A stretch of DNA of 56,079 nucleotides from NCBI RefSeq assembly GCF_003031585.1, contig NZ_PWAA01000009.1, forward strand, positions 1 through 56,079, in the 5' to 3' direction. The position numbers and the translations under genes are program-made. Positions 41,783 to 51,887 of the stretch are shown here, in pieces (the first letter of the stretch is position 1; every line of letters begins with the position of its first letter). The notes below the pieces were generated by a model. It made no database searches, was not told the DNA's origin, and worked only from the letters and a program-made list of their open reading frames with translations. This DNA is from Thalassobius sp. I31.1. Lineage in GTDB: Bacteria; Pseudomonadota; Alphaproteobacteria; Rhodobacterales; Rhodobacteraceae.

Positions 41783-42720
41783 GGCAGGGCTTTCAGGATA
41801 TCGCGGGCGCGGGCGCAATCCGCATCCATTTGGGTGATTAACGCATCCAGGCTGTCGAATTTTTCCTCGGGGCGCAGATATTCCACCAGCGCGACAGAGA
41901 TGTTGGACCCGTAAAGATCGCCCTGAAAATCAAAGATGAAGGTTTCAAGGTTGGGCAGGTTTTCCCCGAACATCGGGCGCACGCCCATGCTGGCGGCCCC
42001 ATGATATTGCCCGGCGTGGGGGCCGTCGATCACGTCGACCTCCACCGCGTAAACACCGAATTTCGGCAGGTGCAGCCCGTCGATCGACATGTTGGCCGTA
42101 GGGAAGCCCAGATCACGCCCGCGCTGATCCCCGCGAATGACTTCGCCCTCCATCCGGTGCCAGTGACCCAGCATACGCGCCGCATCACCGGGGCGGCCAT
42201 CTGTCAGAGCCTGCCGGATGTTGGTGGATGAAAATTCGCTTTTCGCGTCTTTGACAAGTTCGGCCACGGTTACCTCAAATCCAAATTCTGCACCAAAGCG
42301 TTGCAGGTCTTCCACGTTGCCGCTGCGGCCTTTGCCAAAGCAGAAATCCGCCCCGACAACCACATGGCGCAGCCCCAGCGCCCCGCTGATGATGTCCCGG
42401 GCAAATTCTTCCGCCGACAGTTCCGCCAGCGCACCGCCAAAGTTCAGCTCATACAGACGTTCCACGCCCAGCTTTTCCAGCCGATGCGCGCGGGCCTGGG
42501 CGTTCATCAGGCGAAAGGGCGGGGCATCGGGGGCAAAGAACTGACGCGGGTGCGGCTCGAACGTCATCACGCCCAACGGGCAGTTCAGGCTGGCGGCCTT
42601 CGCACGCGCAATATCAATCACCGCCTGGTGACCCAGATGCACCCCGTCAAAGTTGCCAATCGCAACAGAGGCGCCGCCATCTTCAGGCGCCATAAAGCTG
42701 GTATCTCGGATAATTCTCAT
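41779..42720 (-). CDS. ribF: Bifunctional riboflavin kinase / FMN adenylyltransferase
   Basis: VAIGNFDGVHLGHQ motif for FAD synthetase. C-terminal riboflavin kinase domain. 314 aa. Confidence 0.9.
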   Translation of the reverse strand: MRIIRDTSFMAPEDGGASVAIGNFDGVHLGHQAVIDIARAKAASLNCPLGVMTFEPHPRQFFAPDAPPFRLMNAQARAHRLEKLGVERLYELNFGGALAELSAEEFARDIISGALGLRHVVVGADFCFGKGRSGNVEDLQRFGAEFGFEVTVAELVKDAKSEFSSTNIRQALTDGRPGDAARMLGHWHRMEGEVIRGDQRGRDLGFPTANMSIDGLHLPKFGVYAVEVDVIDGPHAGQYHGAASMGVRPMFGENLPNLETFIFDFQGDLYGSNISVALVEYLRPEEKFDSLDALITQMDADCARARDILKALP

Positions 42721-42811
42721 GCCTTGGCCTAGCCCGCAACGCGCCCCGGTGCAAGAGGCGGGATGGTCGTGTATGGAAGGATAGACTGTGTGAATGATGG
42801 AATGAGGTGTC

Positions 42812-43273
42812 TTAATCGAAATTGTCAAACGAACTATAGAGTTCAGCTCTCACAGCCTGACCTCTCTCAACGACACGAAGATAGAATGCAGTATAGTCTT
42901 TCCTGAGCGAGATGAGATCCCTGCGGGTTTTTTCCGTGGCATCTGGGAACTGACATTTCAGACTGAACAGTGCGCTTAGCAAGCCATAACAATATTGATC
43001 GTAGAATTCAGAGATTTCAAGCACCCGTGCGGATGGGACAAGGGAGGGGGCCACAATTGTTACTTCTTCAGGCGTCAGACCTTCCAGATACAGCAATCGT
43101 TCTTCAGCGATCCCCGTTTCATCGGCGATATCTTCTAACGTGCAAATCAGTGCGACACCAACCTGGTCCCATAACCCAGAAATAGAATCATGTTCTTTAT
43201 ATGTTTCCAGCTGATCCTTTAATGCAGTCAGCCTAATTTGATCTTTTGATTTTGCTGCAAACAAACGAAACAT
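42812..43273 (-). CDS. Orphan hypothetical protein (about 153 aa), low GC, no recognisable domain
   Basis: ATG at 43273 (a GTG at 43285 is also possible). About 46% GC by eye against about 60% in the flanks. Inserted between maoC and ribF. Confidence 0.5.
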   Translation of the reverse strand: MFRLFAAKSKDQIRLTALKDQLETYKEHDSISGLWDQVGVALICTLEDIADETGIAEERLLYLEGLTPEEVTIVAPSLVPSARVLEISEFYDQYCYGLLSALFSLKCQFPDATEKTRRDLISLRKDYTAFYLRVVERGQAVRAELYSSFDNFD

Positions 43274-43284
43274 ATGGGAACTCA

Positions 43285-43322
43285 CTATACACAGAAATAT
43301 GCGGGGCGGTTTCTGTGTATAG
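43285..43322. promoter_or_regulatory. Perfect 13-bp inverted repeat CTATACACAGAAA-N12-TTTCTGTGTATAG immediately upstream of the orphan gene.
   Basis: Read directly from the sequence. It overlaps the predicted start region of the minus-strand ORF. No flanking T-run, so it is more operator-like than terminator-like. Confidence 0.6.
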
Positions 43323-43396
43323 CGCGATTTGAAGGGCCTGCAAACGAGGGGTGAAGATACCCTGGTTTCATGTTGTGTTGACTACACGGCCGAAGA

Positions 43397-43846
43397 TCAC
43401 CCCCGCGACGGGGCCAACACCACGGCTTCGCCCATCAGCACAGGTTTGCCGCCGACGACGCATTTGGTTTCCATGGTGACTTTGCGCTTTTCCCGGTTGA
43501 TGTCGGTCACGATCACATCGGTGCGGACTTCATCGCCCGGGCGCACGGGGCCCATGAATTTCAGGTTCTGGGACAGGTAAATCGTGCCATGACCGGGCAG
43601 TTGTTCCCCGATCACGGCTGAAATCAGACCGGCGGTCAGCATGCCGTGCGCAATGCGGCCTTTGAACATGGTGCCAGCGGCATATTCATCATCCAGATGC
43701 ACGGGATTGCGGTCGGTCGAGACCTCGGCGAACATCTGGATGTCCTCATCCGTCACCACCTTTGTCAGGTGACGATGTGTGCCGATTTCCAGATCTTCAA
43801 TGAAGATCGTGCCGCGCTGTGGTGTTGTGTCCAGCATCTTAGCCAT
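43397..43846 (-). CDS. MaoC-like (R)-specific enoyl-CoA hydratase/dehydratase
   Basis: Hot-dog fold signature (DRNPVHLDDEYAAGTMFKGRIAHGMLT). 149 aa. Confidence 0.8.
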   Translation of the reverse strand: MAKMLDTTPQRGTIFIEDLEIGTHRHLTKVVTDEDIQMFAEVSTDRNPVHLDDEYAAGTMFKGRIAHGMLTAGLISAVIGEQLPGHGTIYLSQNLKFMGPVRPGDEVRTDVIVTDINREKRKVTMETKCVVGGKPVLMGEAVVLAPSRG

Positions 43847-43969
43847 CCTGATCCGATTCCCGGGTTATACTGCGGTGCAGCATAACCCCGCGTGAGTATG
43901 AAATCAATCATTAAGGTAACTTTATGTCCCTGTATTTATCTATTTTGTAATTTGGTTGCGCAGTGAATT

Positions 43970-44845
43970 TTATCGCAGGAAGCCGATTGTATAGGTCGGG
44001 TGATGATCCTGGTCCTTCAGCCATGCGTTCAACAGGGACGCATCCGGTTGATATTTCGTCGCGGTTTCCAGTGCGGCCAGACCGCCGGAAATGAACAGAA
44101 CATCAATGTTTTCCCCAACACCCCCAGCGACATCGGTGATGATCCCGTCACCAATCGCCAGAATTTTGTCGTCAGCTACGTCCACCTCAAGGGCTGCCAG
44201 ACGGCGGCGGGCAAGGTCGTAAATCGGCGGATGCGGTTTGCCGAAATACAGGCTTTCACCGCCCATTTCCGTATATAATTGCGCCAGCGCGCCGGCACAC
44301 CATTCCCGCTTTTCACCCCGATCTACAACGATATCCGGGTTCGCACAGAGCAATTTCAGCCCCATCTGTTTTGCCATCAGGAAATCGGCGCGGTAAACGG
44401 AAGGATCAGCATAGGGATCAAACGGCCCGGTGCAAACAATGCCTTCGGCGTCAGCCAGCGGCACCTGTTGAATGTCGCGCGGTGTGTCGATGATCGACAT
44501 GTGATCAAAGAAGCCCATGTCAACTTCGCCATCACCAATGAAGTAAATCTTATCGCCCACAGCCCCCAGATGCATCGCAGCACGGGCGGAATCGCCAGAG
44601 GTCGCCATCGTGTCCCAGGCGTCACGCGGCACGCCGATCTGTTCCAGTTGAATTTCAACCGACGCATGCGGACGGGGGGAATTGGTGACCAGAACCACCT
44701 TGCCACCTTTTGCGCGATATTGCTGCAATGCGGCGACGGCGGCGGGGAAGGGGGTTAAGCCGTTGTGCACACAGCCCCAGAGATCGACAAACAATGCGTC
44801 ATACTGATCGGAAATTTCAGACAGGTGTTCGATGATCTGTGTCAT
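43970..44845 (-). CDS. HAD-superfamily class IIA hydrolase (TIGR01459-like)
   Basis: DLWGCVHNG motif I. GDG...D motif IV. About 291 aa. Confidence 0.7.
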   Translation of the reverse strand: MTQIIEHLSEISDQYDALFVDLWGCVHNGLTPFPAAVAALQQYRAKGGKVVLVTNSPRPHASVEIQLEQIGVPRDAWDTMATSGDSARAAMHLGAVGDKIYFIGDGEVDMGFFDHMSIIDTPRDIQQVPLADAEGIVCTGPFDPYADPSVYRADFLMAKQMGLKLLCANPDIVVDRGEKREWCAGALAQLYTEMGGESLYFGKPHPPIYDLARRRLAALEVDVADDKILAIGDGIITDVAGGVGENIDVLFISGGLAALETATKYQPDASLLNAWLKDQDHHPTYTIGFLR

Positions 44846-44923
44846 GGCGTGTGTTCCCAAAAGAAAAGGGCCCCACAATCAGGGCCCTTTGCAGAAATCA
44901 GATTAACGCCTGTTGCGCAAGTC

Positions 44924-45844
44924 TCAGACAGCCAGGTTCGGGATGATCTGTTTCTTGCGGGACATGACGCCCGGCAGAACCACGGTGTCGCCGTCCACAG
45001 ATGCGCCAAAGCTTTTCTCAGCCACTGTTTTGGTCAGATCGTTCGGGATCAGCATGGTGGCTTCTTCATTGAGGATGTCGACAACAAACAGCAGAACCTG
45101 GTCAACGCCGTCCTCTGACGCGACAGTTGTCATGGTTTCCATCAGGCTTGCCTTGCGGTCCAGAACCATTTTCGGCGCGGTGGTTTCCAGAACGGACACG
45201 CGGAATTTGGTGCCGTCTACAGCGTATTCTTTGCTGTCCATGCGCAGAAGTTCGGCGTCAGAGAATGCAGAAACATCGGATTTCGCTTCGAACATTTCAC
45301 CAGCATATGCGGCCAGATCGAGGTTCAGCTCAGACGCCAGTTTGATCGCCAGCGCTTTGTCGTGTTCCGTGGTGGTCGGTGAACGGAATTCCAGTGTGTC
45401 AGACAGGATACAGGACAGCATCACGCCTTTGATGTTGTCTGGCATTTTCGCAGCGTCATCACCCATGAGATCATAAATCACAGTCGCGGCACAGGCCAGC
45501 GGACGGATGGTGATGTCGATCGGGCCTTTGGTGGTCAGCCCACCGATCAGCGCGTGGTGGTCGATGATCTGACGAATGTCAGCATTGTTGATGTTTGCTG
45601 GCAGTTCAGCCGGGTTGTTGGTGTCAACGATGACAACAGCTTCACCGTCCTGAACATCTTCCAGCAGCGCAGGTGTCTCAAAGCCCCATTTTTCCACAAC
45701 AAAAGCGGCTTCGGTGTTTGGGGTGCCCAGCAGGCGGGGTTCGGAGGCAACGCCCAGGACTTCGTTCATATACCAAGCCTGGATAATAGCGCAGCCGGTG
45801 GAATCTGTATCGGGGGCCTTATGGCCAAAAACTTTTACGGTCAT
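44924..45844 (-). CDS. ppaC: Manganese-dependent inorganic pyrophosphatase (DHH family II)
   Basis: VFGHKAPDTDS and DHH motif (IIDHH). DHHA2 C-terminal domain. Confidence 0.85.
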   Translation of the reverse strand: MTVKVFGHKAPDTDSTGCAIIQAWYMNEVLGVASEPRLLGTPNTEAAFVVEKWGFETPALLEDVQDGEAVVIVDTNNPAELPANINNADIRQIIDHHALIGGLTTKGPIDITIRPLACAATVIYDLMGDDAAKMPDNIKGVMLSCILSDTLEFRSPTTTEHDKALAIKLASELNLDLAAYAGEMFEAKSDVSAFSDAELLRMDSKEYAVDGTKFRVSVLETTAPKMVLDRKASLMETMTTVASEDGVDQVLLFVVDILNEEATMLIPNDLTKTVAEKSFGASVDGDTVVLPGVMSRKKQIIPNLAV

Positions 45845-45965
45845 CAGAATGTCCATGTTACGGGAGGTGATTTTGCCGCCTTATACGCAGGGCGCGCGGC
45901 CTTGTCACCTGCATCAGACGCAAGGCCGCTATGTTTGCGCTGCAGGTGGACAATTGGCCACGGGG

Positions 45966-46331
45966 TCAGGTCTTAAACCCAAGTTCGCGTTTCAGTTTCT
46001 TTGTCAGCTTATCGCGGATCATCTCGTAAGATGCGGTGATGTGATTGCGCAGCTCGCTTTCTGACAGGCCGGGCAGATCATAATGCTGCACCCATTTCAT
46101 CCCGCGTGACGCCAGATAAGGTGCCGGGCGCACGCCAGGCATTTCGGGCAGGATTTCAAACCCCATATCGGTGACTTTGAACGTGACGGCGAACTGATCG
46201 GTGTCCTTGTTCCAGCCGCCCACCGCAAACAGCTTGCCCCCAACTTTCCACACATCCGCATTCTCCCATTGCACCACATGGGTGGTCTGCGGAAGGCTTT
46301 TGCAAAAGGCGTTGAAATCGGATTGGTTCAT
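45966..46331 (-). CDS. MmcQ/YjbR family DNA-binding protein
   Basis: About 121 aa with the characteristic W..GGK.F motifs. Confidence 0.6.
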   Translation of the reverse strand: MNQSDFNAFCKSLPQTTHVVQWENADVWKVGGKLFAVGGWNKDTDQFAVTFKVTDMGFEILPEMPGVRPAPYLASRGMKWVQHYDLPGLSESELRNHITASYEMIRDKLTKKLKRELGFKT

Positions 46332-46447
46332 GGGATCCTCGTGAATATGGGTTTATGTTGAGGTGGTGATCAGGTTTATGCAAGGATTAAGAGAGTTGAG
46401 AGGGTTGAGATGAAAATCAATTATTTGACCGTGAACGATAAAACCAA

Positions 46448-47137
46448 ATGACCAAACCTTCTGAAACCGATCTGTATCCGCCCGTCAAAGCCCTGCTGGA
46501 AACCCAGGGCTATGAGGTGAAGGGCGAGATTGGCGATGCGGATGTCATGGCCTGTCGCGGTTCGGAAGACCCTGTGATTGTCGAACTCAAGACCGGGTTT
46601 TCGCTGGCGTTGTTTCACCAGGGGGTGGAACGGCTGAAGGTCACGGATCTGGTGTATATCGCCGTGCCACGTCAGACAGGAAAGGTCTTTCAGCGCAATC
46701 TGAAAGATAACACAGCCCTGTGTCGCCGTCTGGGCTTGGGGCTGATCCTTGTGCGCCTGCGCGATGGCTTTGCCGAGGTGTTGCTGGACCCCGCCCCCTA
46801 TAAGCCCATCAAATCAAAGCAGCGCAAACAACGCCTGTTGCGGGAATTTCAACGCCGTGTGGGGGACCCGAACGCGGGCGGTTCCACCCGGCGCGGGCTG
46901 ATGACAGCTTACCGCCAGGATGCCCTGCGTTGCGCCACATATCTGGAAGCGCATGGCCCGACAAAGGGTGCTGTGGTTGCCAGAGAAACCGGTGCCCCGA
47001 CAGCCACCACGATCATGCGCAACGATCACTATGGCTGGTTTGAAAAGGTGGAAAAAGGCATCTATGCCCTGACGCCAAAAGGAAAAGAGGATCTGACGCA
47101 ATGGGGGCAAGTCGCCCCTGTGAAGCCCGTCGCATAA
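46448..47137 (+). CDS. DUF2161 family protein
   Basis: Conserved alphaproteobacterial 229-aa protein (YPPVKALLE..GYEVKGE at the N-terminus). Assignment from memory. Confidence 0.5.
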   Translation: MTKPSETDLYPPVKALLETQGYEVKGEIGDADVMACRGSEDPVIVELKTGFSLALFHQGVERLKVTDLVYIAVPRQTGKVFQRNLKDNTALCRRLGLGLILVRLRDGFAEVLLDPAPYKPIKSKQRKQRLLREFQRRVGDPNAGGSTRRGLMTAYRQDALRCATYLEAHGPTKGAVVARETGAPTATTIMRNDHYGWFEKVEKGIYALTPKGKEDLTQWGQVAPVKPVA

Positions 47138-47160
47138 TCCGGCTGGCTCGATTGTGCAAA

Positions 47161-48312
47161 CTATGCGGCAGAACCTTTCAACGACAGCTTGATCAGAGCT
47201 ACCATCATTTCGATGCCGTTGCTTAAAATCTCATCAGGAAAATCATAGTCGGGGTTATGCAGATCCGGACGATTTTCACCTGCGCCAAGGCCGAACATCG
47301 CGCCTTTGTAACGGCTGGTGATTTCGCCAAAATCTTCGCCCCATCGGAAAGGCTGATCAATGGTGTGAAAGGCGTTTTCTGTGGATGCGGCGACCTGCCG
47401 GATCATATCAAAACCATCGGGGTGATTGACGGTTGCGGTGAATTCTTCAAGAATTTCCTGTGATACTTCAAGGCTGTAGCGGTCCGCTAGGGTGTCTGCG
47501 AACCGGAACAGTTCATCCCACATTTTTACAACGACGTCCGCATGGGGGGAACGCAAGGTGAATTGCACCTCACCCCGGGCGGGGCAGATACCCGAGGCCT
47601 GAACACCCATCTGATTATAGACGGGCACAACCAGGGCATAGGCGTCTGGGCGGTCATAATTTGCCTGAATTTCGCGGGCTTTCAGGGTAAGTTCGGCCAT
47701 GGCGAACGACGGGCTTGCGCCGGTTTCAGGCTGGGCGCTGTGGGCTTCTTTGCCGTTGAAACGGATCGCACCATAGCGCACCTGAGACGCAAAAGTATCA
47801 TGTTTACAAATGATTGCGCCCGCAGGGAAGCCAGGAAGATTGTGCAGGGCGAAGGCATAATCGGGGGCGATCTGTTTGAAGTTTTCGTGCGCTACGCAGT
47901 TGCGCGCGCCGGTGCCGGTTTCTTCGTCGGGCTGGAATAACAGCACGACGCGGCCCTGCGTGGGCCGTTGTTTCAGGGCCAGGGCGACGCCCGCAAGGAT
48001 CGTCATATGGCCGTCGTGACCGCATTTGTGACCGACGCCGTCTGTCAGGGAACGATGCGGCAGATCAGTGTTGATTTCATGGATGGGCAGCGCGTCAAGT
48101 TCGCAGCGCAAAAGCACGGTTTTACCGGGGGTTTTGCCATTATAAATCGCGGCAAATCCAGCACCATCCAGAGGAATAATGTCATCCGGGGTGGCGTGTT
48201 CAGCCAGAAATGCACGCATGTGTTTGGCTGTTTCAACCTCCTGGCGGGAGATTTCGGGATGGGCATGAAGCCAGTGACGCAGGCTGATCAGCTGATCCAA
48301 ATTGACGTTCAA
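47161..48312 (-). CDS. M20D family amidohydrolase (hippurate hydrolase-like)
   Basis: HACGHD metal-binding motif. 383 aa. Confidence 0.8.
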   Translation of the reverse strand: MNVNLDQLISLRHWLHAHPEISRQEVETAKHMRAFLAEHATPDDIIPLDGAGFAAIYNGKTPGKTVLLRCELDALPIHEINTDLPHRSLTDGVGHKCGHDGHMTILAGVALALKQRPTQGRVVLLFQPDEETGTGARNCVAHENFKQIAPDYAFALHNLPGFPAGAIICKHDTFASQVRYGAIRFNGKEAHSAQPETGASPSFAMAELTLKAREIQANYDRPDAYALVVPVYNQMGVQASGICPARGEVQFTLRSPHADVVVKMWDELFRFADTLADRYSLEVSQEILEEFTATVNHPDGFDMIRQVAASTENAFHTIDQPFRWGEDFGEITSRYKGAMFGLGAGENRPDLHNPDYDFPDEILSNGIEMMVALIKLSLKGSAA

Positions 48313-48369
48313 CGCGGTGCCCTTTTCTGCAGCAGGATGTCGCGCGGGACGGGCCCGCGCGACGATGTT

Positions 48370-49740
48370 TTAACCCAATACTTCGCGTACGGCCATCTCA
48401 GTGTTTGTGATGACAATGTCTGCTTCGGCCTTTGTCAGGCAGAAGGGCGGGGCGAACCCAAGGATGTCACCCTGTGGCATTGCGCGCCCGATCACGCCTT
48501 TGGCGGCAAGAGCGGCGGAAACCTGTGCGCCCACGGTTTTGGATGGATCAAAGAATTTACGTCCTTGCTTTTCCTCAACGAATTCAATCGCCGCCAGCAT
48601 GCCAACGCCACGGATGTCACCGACATTTGGATGATCGCCCAGACGTTCCATAAAGCCCAACCGCAGATAATCACCGGTGACCGTGTTGTTTTCGATCAGG
48701 TTCAGATCATCGATCAGTTTCAGGTTGGCCACACCCGCAGCCGCGCCGATGGGGTGGGCGGAATATGTCCAGCCGTGGCCGATCGGGCCGAATTCATCGG
48801 TGCCGTCTTCCAGAACCTTCCAGATCTTGTCGGATACGATGGACCCGGACAGAGGTGCATAGGCAGAGGTCAGGCCTTTGGCGATAGTGATAATGTCGGG
48901 TTCCATACCGTAATGGGTGGATCCCATCATGGACCCGGTGCGACCGAAGCCTGTGACAACTTCGTCAGAGATCAGAAGGATGTCATGTTTCTTCAAAACG
49001 GCCTGAATGGCGGGCCAGTATCCTTCGGGTGGGGGTACAATGCCGCCGGTGCCAAGCACAGGTTCACCAATGAAACCCGCAATGTTTTCAGCGCCTTCAC
49101 GAGCGATCAGTTCTTCCAGTTTCTGCACGCAATGGGCCGTGAAATCGGCTTCGGACATATCCAGATCATCGCGGCGGAAATAATATGGCGCCTCTGTGTG
49201 GATGACTTGTTCAAGGGGCAGGTCGAATTTCTTGTGGAACAGCTCAAGACCGGTCAGGGACCCGGTGACAAGACCTGATCCGTGATAGCCGCGCCAACGG
49301 GAAATGATCTTTTTCTTTTTCGGGCGACCCAGGATGTTGTTGTAATACCAAAGCAATTTGACGTTGGTTTCGTTCGCATCCGATCCGCCCAGGCCAAAGT
49401 AAACCTTGGACATATTGGCAGGGGCGCGTTCCATCACCATCCTGGCAAGGGTGATAGAGGCTTCGGTGCCATGTCCAACGTATGAATGGTAGTAGGCCAA
49501 TTCATGGGCCTGGGCGGAGATCGCATCAGCGATTTCGGTGCGGCCATAGCCGACGTTTACGCAGTAGAGACCGGCAAAGGCATCCAGCAGTTTTTTACCG
49601 TCGCGGTCTTCGATATAGACGCCTTTTGCGCCAGAAATAACGCGGGTTGGCATGTCGCCGCGCGCGTGTTTGGCAAGGTGGGTTGAGGGATGGAAGAAAT
49701 TTTCGCGATCCCATTGGCTGAGTTGATCATTGTGCAGCAT
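48370..49740 (-). CDS. Class III (omega) aminotransferase, PLP-dependent
   Basis: DEV.TGFGRTG motif. 456 aa. Sits next to succinate-semialdehyde dehydrogenase. Confidence 0.85.
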   Translation of the reverse strand: MLHNDQLSQWDRENFFHPSTHLAKHARGDMPTRVISGAKGVYIEDRDGKKLLDAFAGLYCVNVGYGRTEIADAISAQAHELAYYHSYVGHGTEASITLARMVMERAPANMSKVYFGLGGSDANETNVKLLWYYNNILGRPKKKKIISRWRGYHGSGLVTGSLTGLELFHKKFDLPLEQVIHTEAPYYFRRDDLDMSEADFTAHCVQKLEELIAREGAENIAGFIGEPVLGTGGIVPPPEGYWPAIQAVLKKHDILLISDEVVTGFGRTGSMMGSTHYGMEPDIITIAKGLTSAYAPLSGSIVSDKIWKVLEDGTDEFGPIGHGWTYSAHPIGAAAGVANLKLIDDLNLIENNTVTGDYLRLGFMERLGDHPNVGDIRGVGMLAAIEFVEEKQGRKFFDPSKTVGAQVSAALAAKGVIGRAMPQGDILGFAPPFCLTKAEADIVITNTEMAVREVLG

Positions 49741-49749
49741 GTGTTTTCC

Positions 49750-51222
49750 TTAGCTCCAGTCCCGGCAGATGTATTTGATTTCAGTGAATTCTTCCAGGCC
49801 CTGACGTGCGCCTTCGCGCCCAAGGCCGGATTGTTTGACGCCGCCAAAGGGAATGGGCGGCCCGGTGACTGAGGTACGATTGATCGCGATCATGCCAAAT
49901 TCCAGCGCCCGCGACATGCGATAAATGCGCCGGGGGTCCTGGGTGTGCACATAGGCGACCAGGCCGTATTCCGTGTCATTGGCGCGCTTGATGACCTCGT
50001 CTTCAGTGTCAAACGGTGTCAGGGCGGCGACGGGGCCGAAGGTTTCATCACGCATGATATCGGCGTTTGCGGGCACGTCGGTCAGCACGGTTGGGGGGTA
50101 GAACAGCGACCCTTCTGCAAGGCGCACGCCACCAAGGGCCAGTTTGGCCCCTTTTGAGACGGCGTCTGCAATTTGTTCTTCCTGTTTTTGCACCAGACGG
50201 TCATGCATCAGGGGGCCAATGTCGGGGTCATCTTTGCCAGCGCCCAGGGTCAGTTGACGGGCGGCGTCGGTGAAACGGGTGCAAAATTCATCGTAAATGC
50301 CGCGGGCGATAAACATGCGGTTTGCGCCCAGGCAATCCTGACCACCAGTGGCGAATTTGGCCTTGATGGCCTCAGCGACGGCGCGGTCCAGATCGGCATC
50401 TTCAAAGACGATAAACGGGGCGTGGCCGCCCAACTCCATGACCAGGCGTTTCATGGTGTTGGCGCATTGGCGGTACAAAAGACGACCGACTTCGGTTGAT
50501 CCGGTGAAAGATAGTGCGCGTACGCGGGTGTCATCGCACCAGGGGGTGACGATGGTTTTTGCGTCTCCCGGCAAGACGTTGAACACGCCCGCTGGCAGGC
50601 CCGCGTCATCGGCCAGCTGCGCAAGCGCGAGGGCGGATAAAGGTGTTTCCGCGGAAGGATGCGCAACAATGGTACATCCGGCGGCCAGGGCTGCGGCGGC
50701 TTTGCGTGTGAGCATGGCGGAAGGAAAGTTCCAGGGCGTGATTAGGGCAACAACACCAATGGGTTCACGCCAAAGTTCGACTTCTGCCGTGGGCAGGTGG
50801 CTGGTGATGCCTTCGATGTTTGGGCGGCGGGCCTCTTCGGCGTAGAAATCAACAAAGCTGGCGGCATAGTCAATTTCGCCCCGGGCCTCAGAGATGGGTT
50901 TGCCTTGTTCCGCAACCATGATCCAGGCCAGTTCTTCGCGGTGTTCAATGATCTTTGCATGCCATTTCTTCAGCAGTGCAGCGCGGTCCTGGGGCAAAAG
51001 GGCGGCCCAGGGTGCAAAGGCGTTTTGGGCGGCGTTCACCGCATCGGTTGCCGTGGCGGCGGTCATGGCGCTGACATGTGCGATGGTCTGGCCGGTCGCC
51101 GGGTCCGTCACCGGGAATGTGTCGGTGCCGGCCACCCATTCGCCATTGATGAAGGCCTGGGTTTTTACCAGCGGGCCCGTCGGAATTGTAGCGTCCTGAG
51201 CAGAGGGATCTTTGTGCAGCAT
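49750..51222 (-). CDS. gabD: NAD(P)-dependent succinate-semialdehyde / aldehyde dehydrogenase
   Basis: ALDH catalytic motifs (ELGG, Cys region FTGSTEVG). 490 aa. Confidence 0.85.
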   Translation of the reverse strand: MLHKDPSAQDATIPTGPLVKTQAFINGEWVAGTDTFPVTDPATGQTIAHVSAMTAATATDAVNAAQNAFAPWAALLPQDRAALLKKWHAKIIEHREELAWIMVAEQGKPISEARGEIDYAASFVDFYAEEARRPNIEGITSHLPTAEVELWREPIGVVALITPWNFPSAMLTRKAAAALAAGCTIVAHPSAETPLSALALAQLADDAGLPAGVFNVLPGDAKTIVTPWCDDTRVRALSFTGSTEVGRLLYRQCANTMKRLVMELGGHAPFIVFEDADLDRAVAEAIKAKFATGGQDCLGANRMFIARGIYDEFCTRFTDAARQLTLGAGKDDPDIGPLMHDRLVQKQEEQIADAVSKGAKLALGGVRLAEGSLFYPPTVLTDVPANADIMRDETFGPVAALTPFDTEDEVIKRANDTEYGLVAYVHTQDPRRIYRMSRALEFGMIAINRTSVTGPPIPFGGVKQSGLGREGARQGLEEFTEIKYICRDWS

Positions 51223-51329
51223 ATTTCGGTTCCTGTGTTGGGAAGGACCCTAAGCAGAAGCGAAAGATGATGGGGCTGAAGTTGCCTGAGTTTGCAGAAT
51301 AATCAGCTGAATTTTTGCCTTAAGTCAGT

Positions 51330-51815
51330 TTATTCATCTGCATTATCGGCCAGTAGATGTAATGGCGGGCCGGGGCTGCGCACGGTTTTGGTGACGATGT
51401 AGGAATAATACCGCGCGATATCGCCTGAGGTTTCTAGGATGGTTTCGATCAGTTCCTGATAGGCCTCGATGGATGATGTGACGACCTGAATCAGATAATC
51501 ATAGCCCCCGCCAATGGCCCAGCATCCGGTGATTTCGGGGTGGGCGCCGATGGTGCGTTCAAAAGACTGAAAGCGGGCGGCGGCGTGTGAATCCAGTTCA
51601 ATCGTGACAAAAACAGTGATGACTCCGGGCAGTTTGCGCAGGTTGATTTGCGCCTGATAGCCTGAAATCAATCCGGATTTTTCCAGACGACGCAGACGTT
51701 CCCAACAGGGGGAAGGTGACAACCCGACCTTAGCCGCCAAAGCTGCTTTCGTGATCCGTCCGTTGTCGGATAAAACCCTGAGTATTTGGAAATCAATCCG
51801 GTCCAGTTTGAGCAT
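51330..51815 (-). CDS. Lrp/AsnC family transcriptional regulator
   Basis: HTH DRIDFQILRVLSDNGRITKAALAAKVGLSPSPCWERLRRLEKSG plus RAM domain. Confidence 0.9.
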   Translation of the reverse strand: MLKLDRIDFQILRVLSDNGRITKAALAAKVGLSPSPCWERLRRLEKSGLISGYQAQINLRKLPGVITVFVTIELDSHAAARFQSFERTIGAHPEITGCWAIGGGYDYLIQVVTSSIEAYQELIETILETSGDIARYYSYIVTKTVRSPGPPLHLLADNADE

Positions 51816-51887
51816 CGCTGAGCTATAACGTCACAATCAGTTGGTTTCAATCAGGCAAGCGGAAGTGGTCGCTGTCCTATCCCGGCT

